Positions 48,750-62,828 of a stretch of 64,000 nt of DNA are shown in pieces. Source of the DNA: Squalus acanthias. Its lineage: Eukaryota. The notes beneath the pieces were generated by a model that did no database searches, had not been told where the DNA came from, and was given only the letters and a program-made list of their open reading frames with translations. The position numbers and the translations under genes are program-made. Where the stretch lies: contig JASTWF010000363.1 of assembly GCA_030390025.1 (NCBI GenBank), positions 62,001 through 126,000 on the forward strand. The letters run 5' to 3'. Numbering within the stretch: position 1 is the stretch's first letter; every line of letters begins with the position of its first letter.

Positions 48750-49730
48750 AATATTCCAGTCTTGGCACAGTGCCACATTCATTGGGAGCAGCAGCGGGAG
48801 CGGACCGACCTGTGAGGGAACCGGAGGCAGCGGAGCAAGTAAATAAAGCCCAAGGCTCGAGGCCCAGACCGAGGGACTGATATCCTCGCAGGGGTATTTG
48901 CTAGTGCTGTTGGGGAGGGTTAAAACTAGCTTGGCAGGGGGATGGGAACCTGAGAATAGATCCAGAAGGGAGAGAAGCAAAGCTCAAATTGGAAAGCAAA
49001 AAAGTAGAAAGTGAATTTGTAAGACAGAGGAAACAAGGGCTAGAAAATAGAAAACAAGGGAGTTTGGCAGTGCTAAATGGTATATACTTCAATGCAAGGA
49101 GTATAGGGAATAAGGCAGATGAGCTAAGGGCACAGATAGACCCGTGGGAGTATGATATCATAGCTATTACTGAGACATGGCTGAAAGAAGGGCAGGAATG
49201 GCAGCTTAACATTCCTGGTTACAGGGTTTTCAGACGGGATAGAGAGGGGGGTAAAAAAGGAGGTGGGGTCGCACTATTGATTAAAGAAACAATTACAGCT
49301 GTGAGGAGGGATGATATGTTAGAAGGATCATCAAATGAGGCCATATGGGTTGAGTTGAAGAACCAAAAAGGGGCGATCACACTGCTGGGAGTGTACTATA
49401 GACTCCAAACAGTCAGAGGGAGATAGCAGAGCAAGTATGTAAGCAAATTTCTGAGAAGTGCAAAAACTATAGGGCAGTAATAGCAGGGGATTTCAACTAC
49501 ACTAATATTAACTCGGATAAAATTAGTGTGGGACAGGAGGGTGTGACTACGAGTGAGGGAGGTATGGGGATCCAGAAGGTAGCATTGGAGGAGCCTCAGC
49601 CCTTGCACTTGTCGAACAGGTACGAGGTTCTTGCGGCCTGTGTGGATGAGAGCAGGGACTGCAGGGAGGATGAGCAAACCGACCGCAGCACCGTGGTACA
49701 GGGGGTCATTCAAGTTGGGGGAGTAAAAAG
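48750..49730 (+). mobile_element. Rearranged CR1 5' fragments (ORF1 end, EN start, ORF1 piece)
   Basis: GTDILAGVFASAVGEG (ORF1 end), YFNARSIGNK..ITETWL..YYR (EN), then QPLHLSNRYEVL (ORF1 motif). Confidence 0.75.
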
Positions 49731-52700
49731 AACATAAGACTGCACCGGCAAATAGGGTACGAGTAGGGAAAAATGGTAAAAAGACAACATTAAAGGCTCT
49801 TTTTCTGAATGCACACAGCATTCGTAACAACATAGATGAATTGACGGCACAAATAGAAATAAATGGGTATGATCTGATAGCCATTACAGAGACGTGGTTG
49901 CAAGGTGACCAAAGCTGGGAACTGAATATTATGGGGTATTTCACATTTCGGAATGATAAGCAGAAAGGAAAAGGAGGTGGGGTAGCTCTGTTAATAAAGG
50001 ATGAGATCAGTACAGTAGTGAGAAATGATATTGGCTCGGAAGATCAAGATGTAGAATCAGTTTGGGAGGAGATAAGAAATAGTAAGGGAAAGAAGTCACT
50101 GGTGGGAGTAATCTATAGGCCCCCTAACAGTAGCTATACAGTAGGACAGAGTATAAATCAAGAAATAATGGGAGCTTGTAAGAGAGATACTGCAATAATC
50201 ATGGGTGATTTTAATCTTCATATAGATTGGACAAATCAAATTGGCAAAGGTAGCCTTGAGGACAAGTTCATAGAATGTATTCAGGATGAATTCTTAGAAC
50301 AATACTTTGTGGAACCAACCAGGGAGCAGGCTATTTTAGATCTGGTAATGTGTAATGAGGCAGGATTAATTAATGATCTCATAGTAAAGGATCATAGCAG
50401 AATAGAATTTCACATTCAGTTTGAGGGTGAGAAACTTGGCTCTGAAACTAGGGTCTTAAACTTATATAAGGGCAATTACAAAGGTATGAAGACAGAGTTG
50501 GCTAAAGTGGACTGGGAAAATAGGTTAGTAAGACGGTAAATAAGCAGTGGCAGACATTTAAGGAGATATTTCATAACTCTCAGCAAAGGTATATTCCAGT
50601 GAGAAGGAATGACTCTACGAGAAGGATGAACCATCCGTGGCTAACAAAGGAAGTTAAGGATGGTGTCAAATTGAAAGAAAGGGCATACAATGTTGCGAAG
50701 ATTAGTGGTAGGCCAGAGGATTGGGAATTTTTTAGAAACCAACAAAGGATGACTAAAAAAATAATAAAGAGGGAGAAGATAGATTATGAGAGTAAACTAG
50801 CAAGAAATATAAAAAAAGACAGTAAGAGCTTCTACAGGTATATAAAAAGGAAGAGAGTAGCTAAAGTAAATGTTGGTTCCTTAGAGGATGAGACTGGGGA
50901 ATTAATAATGGGAAACAAAGAAATGGCAGAGACTTTGAACAAATATTTTGTATCTGTCTTCACGGTAGAAGACACTAAAAGCATCCCAATAATAGTAGAT
51001 AATCAAGGGGCAAAAGGGAGGGAGGAACTTAAAACAGTAACTATTACTAGAGAAAAAGTACTTGGCAAACTAATGGGACTAAAGGGCTGACAGGTCCCCT
51101 GGACATGATGGCCTGCATCCTAGGATATTAAAAGAAGTGACTGCAGAGACAGTGGATGCATTGGTTGTAATCTACCAAAATTCCTTGGATTCTGGAAAGG
51201 TCCCAGCAGATTGGAAAACTGCAAATGTAACATCCCTATTCAAGAAAGGAGGGAGTCAGAAAACAGGTAACTATAGGCCAGTTAGCCGAACATCTGTCAT
51301 TGGGAAAATGCTGGAATCCATTATTAAGGAAGTAGCAGCAGTACATTTAGAAAATCATAATACAATCAAGCAGAGTTAACATGGTTTTATGAAAGGGAAA
51401 TCATGTTTGACAAATTTACTAGATTTCTTTGAGGATATAATGAGCAGGGTGGATAAAGGGGGGCCAGTAGATGTAGTGTATTTGGATTTCCAGAAGGCAT
51501 TCGATAAGGTGCCACATAAAAGGTTACTGCACATGGTAAGAGCTCATGGTGTTGGGGGTAATAGATCAGCATGGATAGAGGATTGGCTAACTAACAGAAA
51601 ATAGAGTGTCGGGATAAATGGATCATTTTCAGGTTGGCAAACTGTAACTAGTGGGGTGCCACAGGGATCAGTGCTGGGGCCTCAACTATTTACAATCTAT
51701 ATTAATGACTTGGATGAAGGGACCAAGTGTACTATTGCCAAATTTGCTGACGATACAAAGATAGGTGGGAAAGCAAGTTGTGAGGAGGACACAAAGGCCA
51801 CGATTTTCTCCTCCGTGTCGGAATGGGTGCGGGTCAGGTGGTTTCCGGGTTCCGTTCCCGCCCCCAGCTGCCTCCGCTCTGTAATTGTGATTTTCCCTTG
51901 ATTGGCCTTGTTAAGCCTGCCCTGCGGGTTTACTGGCCAATTAACAGGAAGCCGGTCTGATGACGTCGTTTGATGATGCGTCATCTGCTGGTTTCCTTAA
52001 AGGGACCATGCACAATTTTATTTTGACAGTTGATTTTTCAGTGTTTGTCAGCATTGAGGTGCTGAAAAAACTGACAACCATGCACAATGGTGAACTTTTT
52101 CAGCCAGGCTCTCCAATGACTCCCTCTATATGCTTATGGAGGGAGTCACAGTACGCAGGGAGGTTCTCTTCCCTTCCAAGGGTGGAAGAGACCTCCCCAG
52201 GGCACCAACTCACCTTGCATCTCCACCCAACCCTCTCTATCTACTTTATCACTTCCCCACTCACTAGGTCTGATTGTTTCATTGGCTCCGATGTTGCTGG
52301 AATAGATGGCAGCTGCAAGTGAGATGACAGAAGCGATCTGTCACTGGTGAGTGAGGTGCTCCCAGTGAGGTGGCACTGGACATACAGTTGGATCTAAAAA
52401 CTTGTAAGCTAAAGAAATCTGCATATGTATTAAAGATGCAGTAACCAACTTTTTCTTTGCTCTGAAATTCACCATGTGCAACATTGCATCCTTGACACCA
52501 CTTCTGCAGCTGTCATCTTTTCACAAACATCACACCAGACTCATAACGCACCACATTTACCTGGCATGTTGTCCGGACGTTGTGAAACCCGACCCAGAAG
52601 CTGGAAAATCGAAAAAGACCCTGAAAACTGCTGACAAGTACCTGTTAATAAGCAGTTAATTGCCGTTAATCCCTTTCCCACCGCTAGTTGTCGGGTCCAT

Positions 52701-53689
52701 TCACAAATCGGGGACCCGACACTTGGGAAGGTTGTTTGGAGGCGGGATGACGGCGGCTTTGGGACCCGCCTTCAATCAAAACGACTTTAACCTCTGACCT
52801 GCCTCCAAACCCGCCCTCTGAGTGCCGGAAAAATCGCGGCCAAAGAGTCTGCAAAGGGATATAGATAGGTTAAGTGAGTGGGCAAAAATTTGGCAGATGG
52901 AGTATAATGTGGGAAAATGTGAGGCCATCCACTTTGGTCGGAAGAATAAAAAAGCAAACTATTATTTAAATAGAGAGAGACTACAGAATGCTGTTGTACA
53001 GAGGGATCTGGGTGTCCTCGAGCATGAAACACAAAAAGTTAGCATGCAGGTACAGCAAGTAATTAGGAAGACAAATGGAATGTTGGCCTTTATTGCAAGG
53101 GGGATGGAGTATAAAAGTAGGGAAGTCTTGCTGCAACTGTACAGGGCGTTGGTGAGACTGCACCTGCAGTACTGCATTGGAGGCAGTTCAGAGAAGGTTC
53201 ACTAGGTTTTTTCCTGAGTTGAAGGAGATGTGTTATGAGGAAAGGTTGAGCAGGTTGGGCCTATACTCATTGGAGTTTAGAAGAATGAGAGGTGATCTTA
53301 TTGAAACTTATAAGATTCTGAGGGAGCTTGACAGGGTAGATGCTGAGAGGATGTTTCCCCTCGTGGGGGAATCTAGAACTAGGAGGCATAGTTTCAGAAT
53401 AAGGGGTAACCCATTTAAAATGGAGATGAGGAGGAATTTCTTCTCTCAGAGGGTCGTGAATCTTTGGAATTCTCTACCCCAGAGAGCTGTGGAGGCTGAG
53501 TCATTGAATATATTCAAGGTGGAGATAGACAGATTTTTGAAAAACAGGGGAGTCAAGGGTTATGGGGAGCGGGCAGGAAAGTGGAGTTGAGGCCAAGATC
53601 AGATCAACCATGATCTTATTGAATGGCGGAACAGGCTCGAGGGGCCGAATGGCCTACTCCTGCTCCTATTTCTTATGTTCTTATGTTCA
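49731..53689 (+). mobile_element. CR1 LINE, near-complete decayed ORF2 plus 3' tail, interrupted by a MITE
   Basis: LNAHSIRN, AITETWLQ, YRPPNS, RT motifs up to FADD, C-terminal NFFSQRVVNLWNSLP, tail (TTCTTATG)n. Confidence 0.93.
51796..52841. mobile_element. Complete Harbinger-type MITE (1046 bp)
   Basis: TIRs GGCCACGATTTTC / GAAAAATCGCGGCC; TSD AAA; removing it restores the CR1 peptide EEDTKSLQRDIDRL. Confidence 0.92.
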
Positions 53690-54309
53690 CATGGATTGGA
53701 TCTTTGTGCATGCATCAGTCACTGAAAATGGCAAAGTTAAAAAAAATGGAGGCACAAGGGGCGGCTGTAGGCGAATCCTGACAGCTTGGCAAAGTAGATG
53801 TGCTGCTGTATGAGATGGGTACAAGGAGTTTGTGTTACAATTATTTTCCCTTTTTAGTGCTCCAGTGCACCAGACCTTGCAGGACGTGGCAGCCAGACAC
53901 AGTGCTGTGTACATTACTCATAGGACTTGGTAAAAGATGCATGGAAATCCCTTTAAGGATTTTGGAAAGCTAAGACTATCTAACAGTATCGTATACCAGG
54001 TAGATGGTTCAAGATTCCATGCCACAAAGAGTTACATGTTGACCAAATCAATTTTTACTGCTGGCCATGCCAAGCCCTTTCACAGCCTTCCAAATCTTTT
54101 GTTACTTCTCAAACATAGCCATGTTCCAGCCATGTTCCAGCACAACACACAGTCAAGCTGCAACTCACAAGTGAAAGTGTTGACACACTCATAAGGCTTT
54201 CACGCATCAAATTGTAGTACAACTTAGGTGCATGATGCTTGGTCAGTTAATGACATTCAAGATGGGCTGCATGCTGCACATCTGTCAGTGTGTATGAGGA
54301 TATAGAAAC

Positions 54310-54720
54310 ATGAAGACTTAAAAGCTTTTTTCATCAGAACAATACAGACTATGGGGCAATGATGGAATTTAAAATTATGAAAAGATGGGACAGGGTAGAT
54401 AGAAGCAAACTAACTTTTTCCAGTAGTTGATGGATCTAGAATGAGCGGTGATGTACAAGTTGAAATGTAAGAGATTTGGAACACAGAGCAAGTGAAATTT
54501 CTTTACAGATGAGTTCAGGCTTGGAAGAGTTAGTGGTTGAGGCAGAAACTATATCAACATTCAAGATCAGATTGCATAAGTGGAGGAAGGAAAAGGAGAT
54601 ACAGGATCAGGGCAGGCAAATGTGATTCGGACTATTTGCTCAGATGGAGGGTAAATACTGACACAGACTGGTTGGGACAAATGTGCTGTTTCCATGTTGT
54701 AATTTCTGTGTATTTCTATG
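54310..54720 (+). mobile_element. Old CR1 3' remnant
   Basis: Degenerate similarity to the CR1 ORF2 C-terminus and 3' UTR. Confidence 0.5.
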
Positions 54721-55986
54721 ACACACAATACAAGAAAACAGACCTGAACTGAAGAAAGGATCAGGAATTGTAAGCCCTTGACTCCCTGGGATAGACAACC
54801 TTGAACATCCTTTAAATGTAGGATTATGGAAGAAATAGGGAAGGTGAAGCAGCAGGCCTCCCTGTTCAGGGCAGATACCACACTGCTCCTGTCCCACGCC
54901 ACACTCACTACCACACAGGTCATCACATATAATATATTACAAGGCAAGTTCTGTTTGAAGGTGTCTTCTCCAGCCAGGATTCTATCTTTTTAGCCCTTGA
55001 AGAGCAGTCTGGCTGCATTGCTAAGCAGCAGTGCACAGTCCCTGGGGTCACTTTCTTCAGTGTTTGCAATCATGAGCATATCTGCACATTCCCTAGAATA
55101 TCTATTTAGTGAATTTGAGAAGGTAAAGCAGAAACAGGATGGCACATGGCTATCATGAATGGCCCCTGTACTTTATCAATGGCAGCAATGTAGTGATATT
55201 GGGCAGCCATTGTCATTCTCCTGTTGCTCTTCAGTAGCAAGTGCAGCAGTTAACTATTTGATACATGTGTGGCTAATGCATTAGCTTATAAAACAATGTC
55301 AACTTGGAATGAGCCAGAGGCAGAAAAGTTGAGGGTAGTAGTGACATTGACTGCCACTGGGCAGTGCCATGTTTATGTTGCAGGTTGGGTGCTGGTGTTA
55401 TTGCAGCAGATGACAAAGCTCTGCAACTGGCTTCCTGCTTGCAGAATATTATACCTGCTATCGCACACCATTGAATACTGCTTCAATCAAGATTTGGATC
55501 TACACTGCTGCTGGAAGAAAATAACCATCTGAATTTAACCAATTAGCTGTGAAAAATACCACTCTCTGGATCAGATTATCCAATAATCCATTTCATATTG
55601 TATCGTAGAAGTTTACAGCACAGAAGGAGGCCACTTGATCTATTGTGTCTGTGCTGTCTTTATGCTAGAGGAACCCAAAATGAATCCCACTACACCGGTC
55701 TCTCCCCATTGCCCTTAATCTTCCTTTGCTTCAAATATTTAATCCAAATCGCCCTTAAAAGATGCAATGGGCTGTGCATTTCATGCTCCGACACTCATCT
55801 GTGTAAAGACATTTCTCTATCTGCTCTCCTAGTGACAATTTTAAATTGATGACACCTCATTACTGACTCTTTTCGATACAATTGGTCACTTCTCCAAAAA
55901 AACTATTAATTTTGTTAAGCATGACATGCTTTTAACAAACCTGCCTGTCTTTGATTAACCCTTGCATTTCTAAATGCTCACATTTT

Positions 55987-56690
55987 GGCCCAGAATTTGC
56001 GGTCAGCAGTGAAGCGAAGGCGTTTGCTGCTGGCCCCAAAGTACGCTCCGCACAAGGATCTCACAATCCCTGTGTTGAGACCTTTGGGTTTACTGATCTT
56101 GAATTCAATTCAACGGAACTTAATGGGGATTCCCTTGTGTGAACTGCTGTGACGTCAACGGGCTGTCTAAGCAGCCAATCAAAAGGCTGAATTCTCACAG
56201 ACAGCGAACAAGGAAGTGACTAAGCCCTTAAAATTCTAACTTTTTAAAATAGTTAGAGAGAGCAAAAGAGAGATTGGGGTTCTCACATGGGGAAAAGGCA
56301 AACCTGAAATAAAGATGAACAAACGTAAAAAAAAATTACAATTTTTTTTTAAAGTTTCTTAAACGTTTTAATTTTCATTCAACTAGACAAATTTCATACT
56401 GCACAAAAATTAAAATTAATTTTCCAGACCCTTACATTTGTTTCGCAGTCAATACGCTGTTAAAACCCCAGTTACACCTAATCCCTTTGGGTCTAACTTT
56501 TAGTGGTGAATTTAACAGCGCACTTACTGCGGAAGAGCCGAAGTTTCCGTCACTTTCAATGATTTACAAGATTTCACTGATTGCCGGCTCTGTGGGGTGG
56601 GGGGTGCTCAGCACAGACTGTTTCGGGGCTGTCATTGACAGACCGCAACTTTGGGATGTCCAAATCCCGAAGCTGTGGTCAGTTTCAAAG
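55987..56690. mobile_element. Harbinger-like non-autonomous remnant
   Basis: Starts GGCCCAGAATTTGCGG (TIR-like); right boundary uncertain. Confidence 0.4.
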
Positions 56691-56914
56691 GCGGTACGAC
56701 GGCGTGCTCTGAGAGTTTGCCGTCATTCCGACTGCTAACTCAATGCCTTTATCTCCAATTATGGATTCTAAGACTTTATTACTGTCTTTGTCCCTTTGTA
56801 AGTATTTTAGGCTACTTAGTATTTTAATATGTTTGCCATTCATCACCTGACAACTGGACTTTCCTCTTTCTCTCCCAGACAGCTTTAAACTAATTTGACC
56901 ATATCCTAACTCGC

Positions 56915-59550
56915 ACCATGTCCCGTTCACCCATCACCCCTGTACTCACTGACCTACATTGGTTCCTGATCCAGCAATGCCTCGAGTTTAAAATTCTCAT
57001 CCTTGTTTTTAAATCCCTCCGTGGTCTTGTCCCTCCATATCTCTGTAGCCTCCTCCAGCCCTACAACCCTCCGAGATCTCTGTGTGCCTCCAATTCTGGT
57101 CTCTTGTGCATCCCCAATTGTCATCGCTCCACCAGTGGCGGCTTTGCCTTCAGGTGCCCAGGCCCTAAGCTCCGGAATTCCCTCCCTAAACCTCTCCGCC
57201 TCTCTCCCTCTCCCTCCTTTTTTAAGATGCTCTGGAAAATCTACCTCTTTGACCACACTTTTGTCACCTGTCTTAATGTCTCCTTATATGGCTTGGTAGA
57301 ATCATAGAATCATAGAAAGTTACAGCACGGAAGGAGGCCATTTTGGCCCATCGTGTCCGCGCCGTCCAATAAAGAGCTATCCAGCCTAATCCCACTTCCC
57401 AGCTCTTGGTCTGTAGCCCTGCGGGTTAGAGCATCCCAAGTGCACATCCAAGTACTTTTTAAATGTGGTTAGGGTTCCTGCCTGTACCACCCTTTCAGGC
57501 AGTGAGTTCCAGACCCCCACAACCCTCTGGGTGAAGAAATTTCCCCTCAAATCCCCTCTAAACCTTCCACCAATTACTTTAAATCGGTGCCCCCTGGTTT
57601 TTGACCCGTCTGCTAAGGGAAATAGGTCCTTTCTATCCACTTTATCGAGGCCCCTCATAATTTTATACACCTCAATAAGGTCTCCCCTCAGCCTCCTCTG
57701 TTCCAAGGAAAACAGACCCAGCCTATCCAGTCTTTCCTCATAGCTAAGATTCTGTACTCCCGGCAACATCCTTGTAAATTTCCTCTGTACCCTCTCTAGT
57801 GCAATCACATCTTTCCTGTAATGTGGTGACCAGAACTGCACGCAGTACTCTAGCTGAGGCCTAACTAGTGTTTTATACAGTTGAAGCATAACCCCCCTGC
57901 TCTTGTATTCTATGCCACGGCTAATAAAGGCAAGCATTCCGTATGCCTTCTCAACCACCTTATCTATCTGGCCTGCTACCTTCAGGGATCTGTGGACATG
58001 CACTCCAAGGTCCCTTTGTTCCTCTACACTACTCAGTGTCCTACCATTTAATGTGTATTCCCTTTCCTTGTTAGCCTTCCCCAAATGTATTACCTCACAC
58101 TTATCCAGATTGAATTCCATTTGCCACTGTTCTGCCCACCTGATCAATTTATTGATATCTTCCTGCAGTCTACAGCTTCCTTCTTCAGTATCAACCACAC
58201 AACCGATTTTAGTATCATCTGCAAACTTCTTAATCATACACCCTATATTCAAGTCTAGATCGTTGATATAAAGCACAAAAAGCAAGGGACCTAGTACTGA
58301 GCCCTGCAGAACACCACTGGAAACAGCCTTCCAGTCACAAAAACTCCCATCAACCATTACCCTCTGCTCCTGTCTCCGAGCCAGTTTTGAATCCAACTTG
58401 ACACTTTGCCCTGGATCCCATGGGCTTTTAACTTCGTGACCAGTCTGCCATGTGGAACCTTATCAAAAGCCTTGCTAAAGTCCATATACACTACATCAAA
58501 TGCACTACCCTCATCTACCCTCCTTGTTACCTCCTCAAAAAATTCAATCAAGTTTGTCAGACACGACCTTCCCTTAACAAATCCGTGCTGACTATCCTTG
58601 ATTAATCCGTGTCTTTCTAAATGAAGATTTATCCTGTCCTTCAGAATTCTTTTCAATAATTTTCCCACCACCGAGGTTAGGCTGACTGGCCTGTAATTTC
58701 TCAGTCTATCCTTTTCTCCCTTTTTAAACAAGGGTACCACATTAGCAGTCCTCCAGTCCTCCGGCACCACACCTGAAGCCAGAGAGGGTTGAAAAACGAT
58801 GGTCAGGGTCTCTGCAATTTCCTCTTTTGCTTCGCTTAACAGCCTGGGATACATTTCATCCGGGCCTGGGGATATATCCACTTTTAAAGCTGCTAAACCC
58901 CTTAATACTTCCTCTCTCACTATGTTTATTTCATTTAATATTTCACACTCCTCCCCCCGATAGCAATGTCTGCTTCGCCCTCTCTGTTGTGAAAACAGAC
59001 GCAAAGTATTCATTAAGAACCCTACCGACGTGTCCCACCTCCACACACAGATTACCCTCATGATCTCTAATAGGCCCTACGCTTTCTTTAGTTATCCTCT
59101 TACGCTTAATATATTCAAAAACATCTTTGGGTTTTCCTTATTTGACTTGCCAAGAATTTTTCATGCTCTCTCTTTGCTTTCCTAATATCCTTTTTAATTG
59201 CACCCCTGCACTTTCTGTACTCTTCTAAAGATTCTGGAGTATTTAGCCCTCGGTATCTGTCATACGCCTCCCGTTTTTTTTTATCCTACCCTGTATGTCT
59301 CTCGACATCCAGGGGACTCTAGATTTGTTAGTCCCACCTTTTTTCTTTAAGGGTACATATTTGGTCTGAATCCTCCGGATCTCCTCCTTGAATGTCTCCC
59401 ACTGCTCTGACGCTGATTTGTGTCCAATCTTGTTCTATAACGCTCCTGTGAAGTGCCTTGGAATGTTTTACTACGTTAAAGGCGTTACATGCATTGATTA
59501 TTACTACGTTAAAGGCGTTACATACGTTACATACATTGATTGTTGTTGTA
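56915..59550 (+). mobile_element. L2-type LINE 3' fragment split by a CR1 insertion
   Basis: SPITPVLTDLHWFLI..FKILILVFKSLRGLVPPYL at 56918-57297; 3' tail resumes at ~59420, ending TTGTTGTTG. Confidence 0.85.
57298..59419 (-). mobile_element. CR1 LINE 3' half nested in L2
   Basis: ORFs 58357-59061 and 57386-58396 with RT motifs (MDFSKAFD, QGSVLGP, FADD); tail (TTCTATGA)n at 57298-57317. Confidence 0.93.
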
Positions 59551-59809
59551 TATGAGGGCTTCAAACATTGGGGTAGATCTCGACTTTGTGCAATAGTGTA
59601 AAACGGGTGATAGCGAGTCGGCAGCCCGTTTTACATCTCTCCTGATTTTTATTTCCATCAATGGCTTCCATTCAGCACACCTGGAGAAGTAAATGTTTGA
59701 TGGAGAGTTATTACTGGGAGCCAGCTGAAGAGCAGCCATGTGCAACATAATAAGTGTTTATTAAAGAGACCATACACCAGAATTAAAAGTCACTGATTTG
59801 TATTGATAA

Positions 59810-59920
<111 letters not shown>

Positions 59921-61600
59921 TAAAACATATCGCTATAAGTAAGACAGCAGGTGTTATTTTGATGTGTGACGTTATATTCATCACATCGGTGACGGTAACT
60001 ATCTGTTGTATAACTGGTTGATTCTGCCCCATGCAACAGGATTACTCTAGGACAAAATCCGAACATCCTGTTCAGTGAACACCAAGACTGATCAATCCCA
60101 CCTGATAACCCCCGCCCTCCCCCCTCAAAAAACCCCATCTGTATAAAACTCTGCAGGATTGGTCACTGTACCATCAGAAGGGTGTTTTGCCATTGAAGTG
60201 TTCACATGGGTCAGACGATACTGGGTCTTAGGAAGTCTGTGTTATGAGGAAAGGTTGGTATTTGGTGTCACTTCAAGGTGACCTAAGAGAAGTTTTCAAA
60301 ATGATGAAGTGGCTTGATAAAGAAAAAATATTCACACTGACATAGGGTTAAAAATCTACGGGACACCAGGATTAGTTCGCAGAAACTCTGCTTGCAGTGA
60401 AAAGCATGCTCCAAGGGAGCATAGTTGGAGATTCAGCTCTACAGTATTGTAAAATAAATGGCTTGGAGAGACAACTAGATGTGTTTTTGCAGAGAGAGGG
60501 CATTAAGGGATATTGTGAGAAGGTGGGACTGAGAACAACCAAAAGTCAACACCCGTATAATCTGGACTATTGGACCATTACCAAGGTACTGCCCGCTCAT
60601 ATACTCAGTTGTACTTTGTAAATTCAGACTTTGATTGGTATCTCCAGATACGTCACTTTCTGAGAAATGCTCAAACTATGCCACAGGTTACTCAACTTTA
60701 ATTACATTGGAAGAGTGGGGAAGAGGAAAGGAATCGGTGGTTGGGCGGTCAGAGATAATAGGAGTGAGCAGGTTGGGACGGCGAGCGGCAGGGAGAGAGG
60801 GAGGAATGGATGAGAAATGAAGGTTACAGAGGGGTGAAGGAGAATCCTTTACCTCTTTAGAAGATGTAAAAAATCTAATGAGCTTTCCCACACTGTACTG
60901 AAAGCTGTTTAACTTAAATGGCAAATAATGCTGTTTAAATAATATGGGTTCCTCTAGAGAACAAAAGCATCACAGAAATAGGTGCGATAATCACAGGAAG
61001 CAAGTGTATTACACTTACAGAAGTGCACAAATGGAAGACTTTTTATACCTACTGTAGTGTTGCTTACAGTGGGTTTGGACCCAGGGACCTCTGCCTGGCT
61101 GCATATAATACCATGTTTCTTTGCTGTTTGGTTGGTAAATGGTTGCTTTCTTTCACCTCCCTTTTTTCTTTTCCAGACCAGGGGAGCGACATGGACCCCT
61201 GGAGCGTAGTAGAATTAAAATAAAATGTTTGTGTTGGCCCCTTTACTCCTTTACGCAAGGGGTCAAAGGGAGACCTACATCGTGGCTCTGGGGGGGAGGG
61301 GACACCAGGCTTCTCATTCCCCTCCGCAGCTAGCAGGCAGACTCCAGATTTTGCAGAAGCCTGGGGCAGGTGGGCACCTAAGGTGTGCCTGTAGTGCTAC
61401 AGGTGCCCGCTAGCCCCATGCAATGAATTGCACTCGAACTGACCATACATACACTGGAGGGCACTGGAGATCCAGATGTAACTGCTGGGATTGTGCCCCA
61501 CATTAATTCAGGGACATAACGTTTTTTTAACAATCACAGTGTAAACTTTTGTTCTCTTTTCCTCCTCCTCTACCCACTCACCCCACCCCCCGCCCCCCAG

Positions 61601-61720
61601 GGCTTGGCTCTGAACCCAAGTGATGCCTGTTCTGTTCATGCCCTTGCACATGTATATGAGTTGCGCGCTGATGCGGACGCTGGATTAAAGTTTATGAAGC
61701 AGACGGAAAACAACTGGAAG
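61601..61720 (+). CDS. TTC38: TTC38-like copy B, exon 7
   Basis: AG/GTAAAC, 120 nt; GLALNPSDACSVHALAHVYELRADADAGLKFMKQTENNWK. Confidence 0.95.
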
Positions 61721-62444
61721 GTAAACCTAAGAAAGACAAGCGAAGATAAGTGGTTCCTGACCAACCCCGTTAAAGGCCATAAATGTAATTAGGGCAGCGA
61801 ACTGGTACAGCAACACACAGCGCCATAGGAATTGAAGGGTACAGGTTGAACTCCACTGATTTCTGCTCTGCTGTAGGGAGGTTGCTTGTCTCCACTCAGT
61901 CTTCCCACAGGTCGGGGAGCAGAGGGAACATCGTAGGGAAAGCTGTCATCACTGGGTTTCTGTTATATATTCTATACTAGATGGAGACGGACTGGGAAGC
62001 AGATTTCCTGCCTTCCTTTGCAGCCTTAATTGCTGGTGTCTTGGCGGGAAAAATAGGGGAAGTGTGGCGGATCGCCACCTAAACGGGCATTATCCACTTT
62101 TCCGTCCGTGGACAATATATCGAGCACCTTCCCTTTAAGGCACCTTACCTTTAAGGCAGCAGTGGGCGGGGCCTCAGGATTTTTCCAGAGAATTCTGGGG
62201 GCAGTCTGTTCAGCCATTTTGTACCATGCAGTTGTATTAAAAAATGTCTCTTGTTTTCCACACATGGATTCAGCCTTAATTCGTGTTTCACGGCAGCCTC
62301 AACAGAAGGGATATTGTTCCCCCATTTGTAGTTTTTTTTTAAAAGGTGCTAAATAGGTGAATAACTGTCTGTTAGCATTCAGTTGAGTGATAAACTTTAC
62401 TGTTGTGATATCTTGATTCTGTTATCAGTACAATAACTATTAGG

Positions 62445-62576
62445 ATGATAGCTAAATACTGCGGATGCTGGAAATCCGAAATAACAACAGAAAACGCTGG
62501 AAAAACTCAGCAGGCCAGGCAGCATCCGTGGAGAGAGAAACAGAGTTAACGTTTCAGGTCGAAGACCTTTCGTCAG
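62445..62576 (-). mobile_element. Solo Penelope terminal-repeat fragment with intact hammerhead core
   Basis: Near-identical to the reverse complement of 25920-26050; 9-bp TSD ACTATTAGG (62436-62444 / 62577-62585). Confidence 0.88.
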
Positions 62577-62732
62577 ACTATTAGGGTTAGATGAGGTACA
62601 GAAAATCTGAGATGAAGTGAACCAGTACCAATTTTTAACAACTGCTAGCTCAAGATTAACTCTGCCAGAGGGATGGGAATAGGTGGCCTGTCTACAGTCA
62701 GTCAGGGAATGGTGCAAAAGGGCAGAAAATAA

Positions 62733-62828
<96 letters not shown>

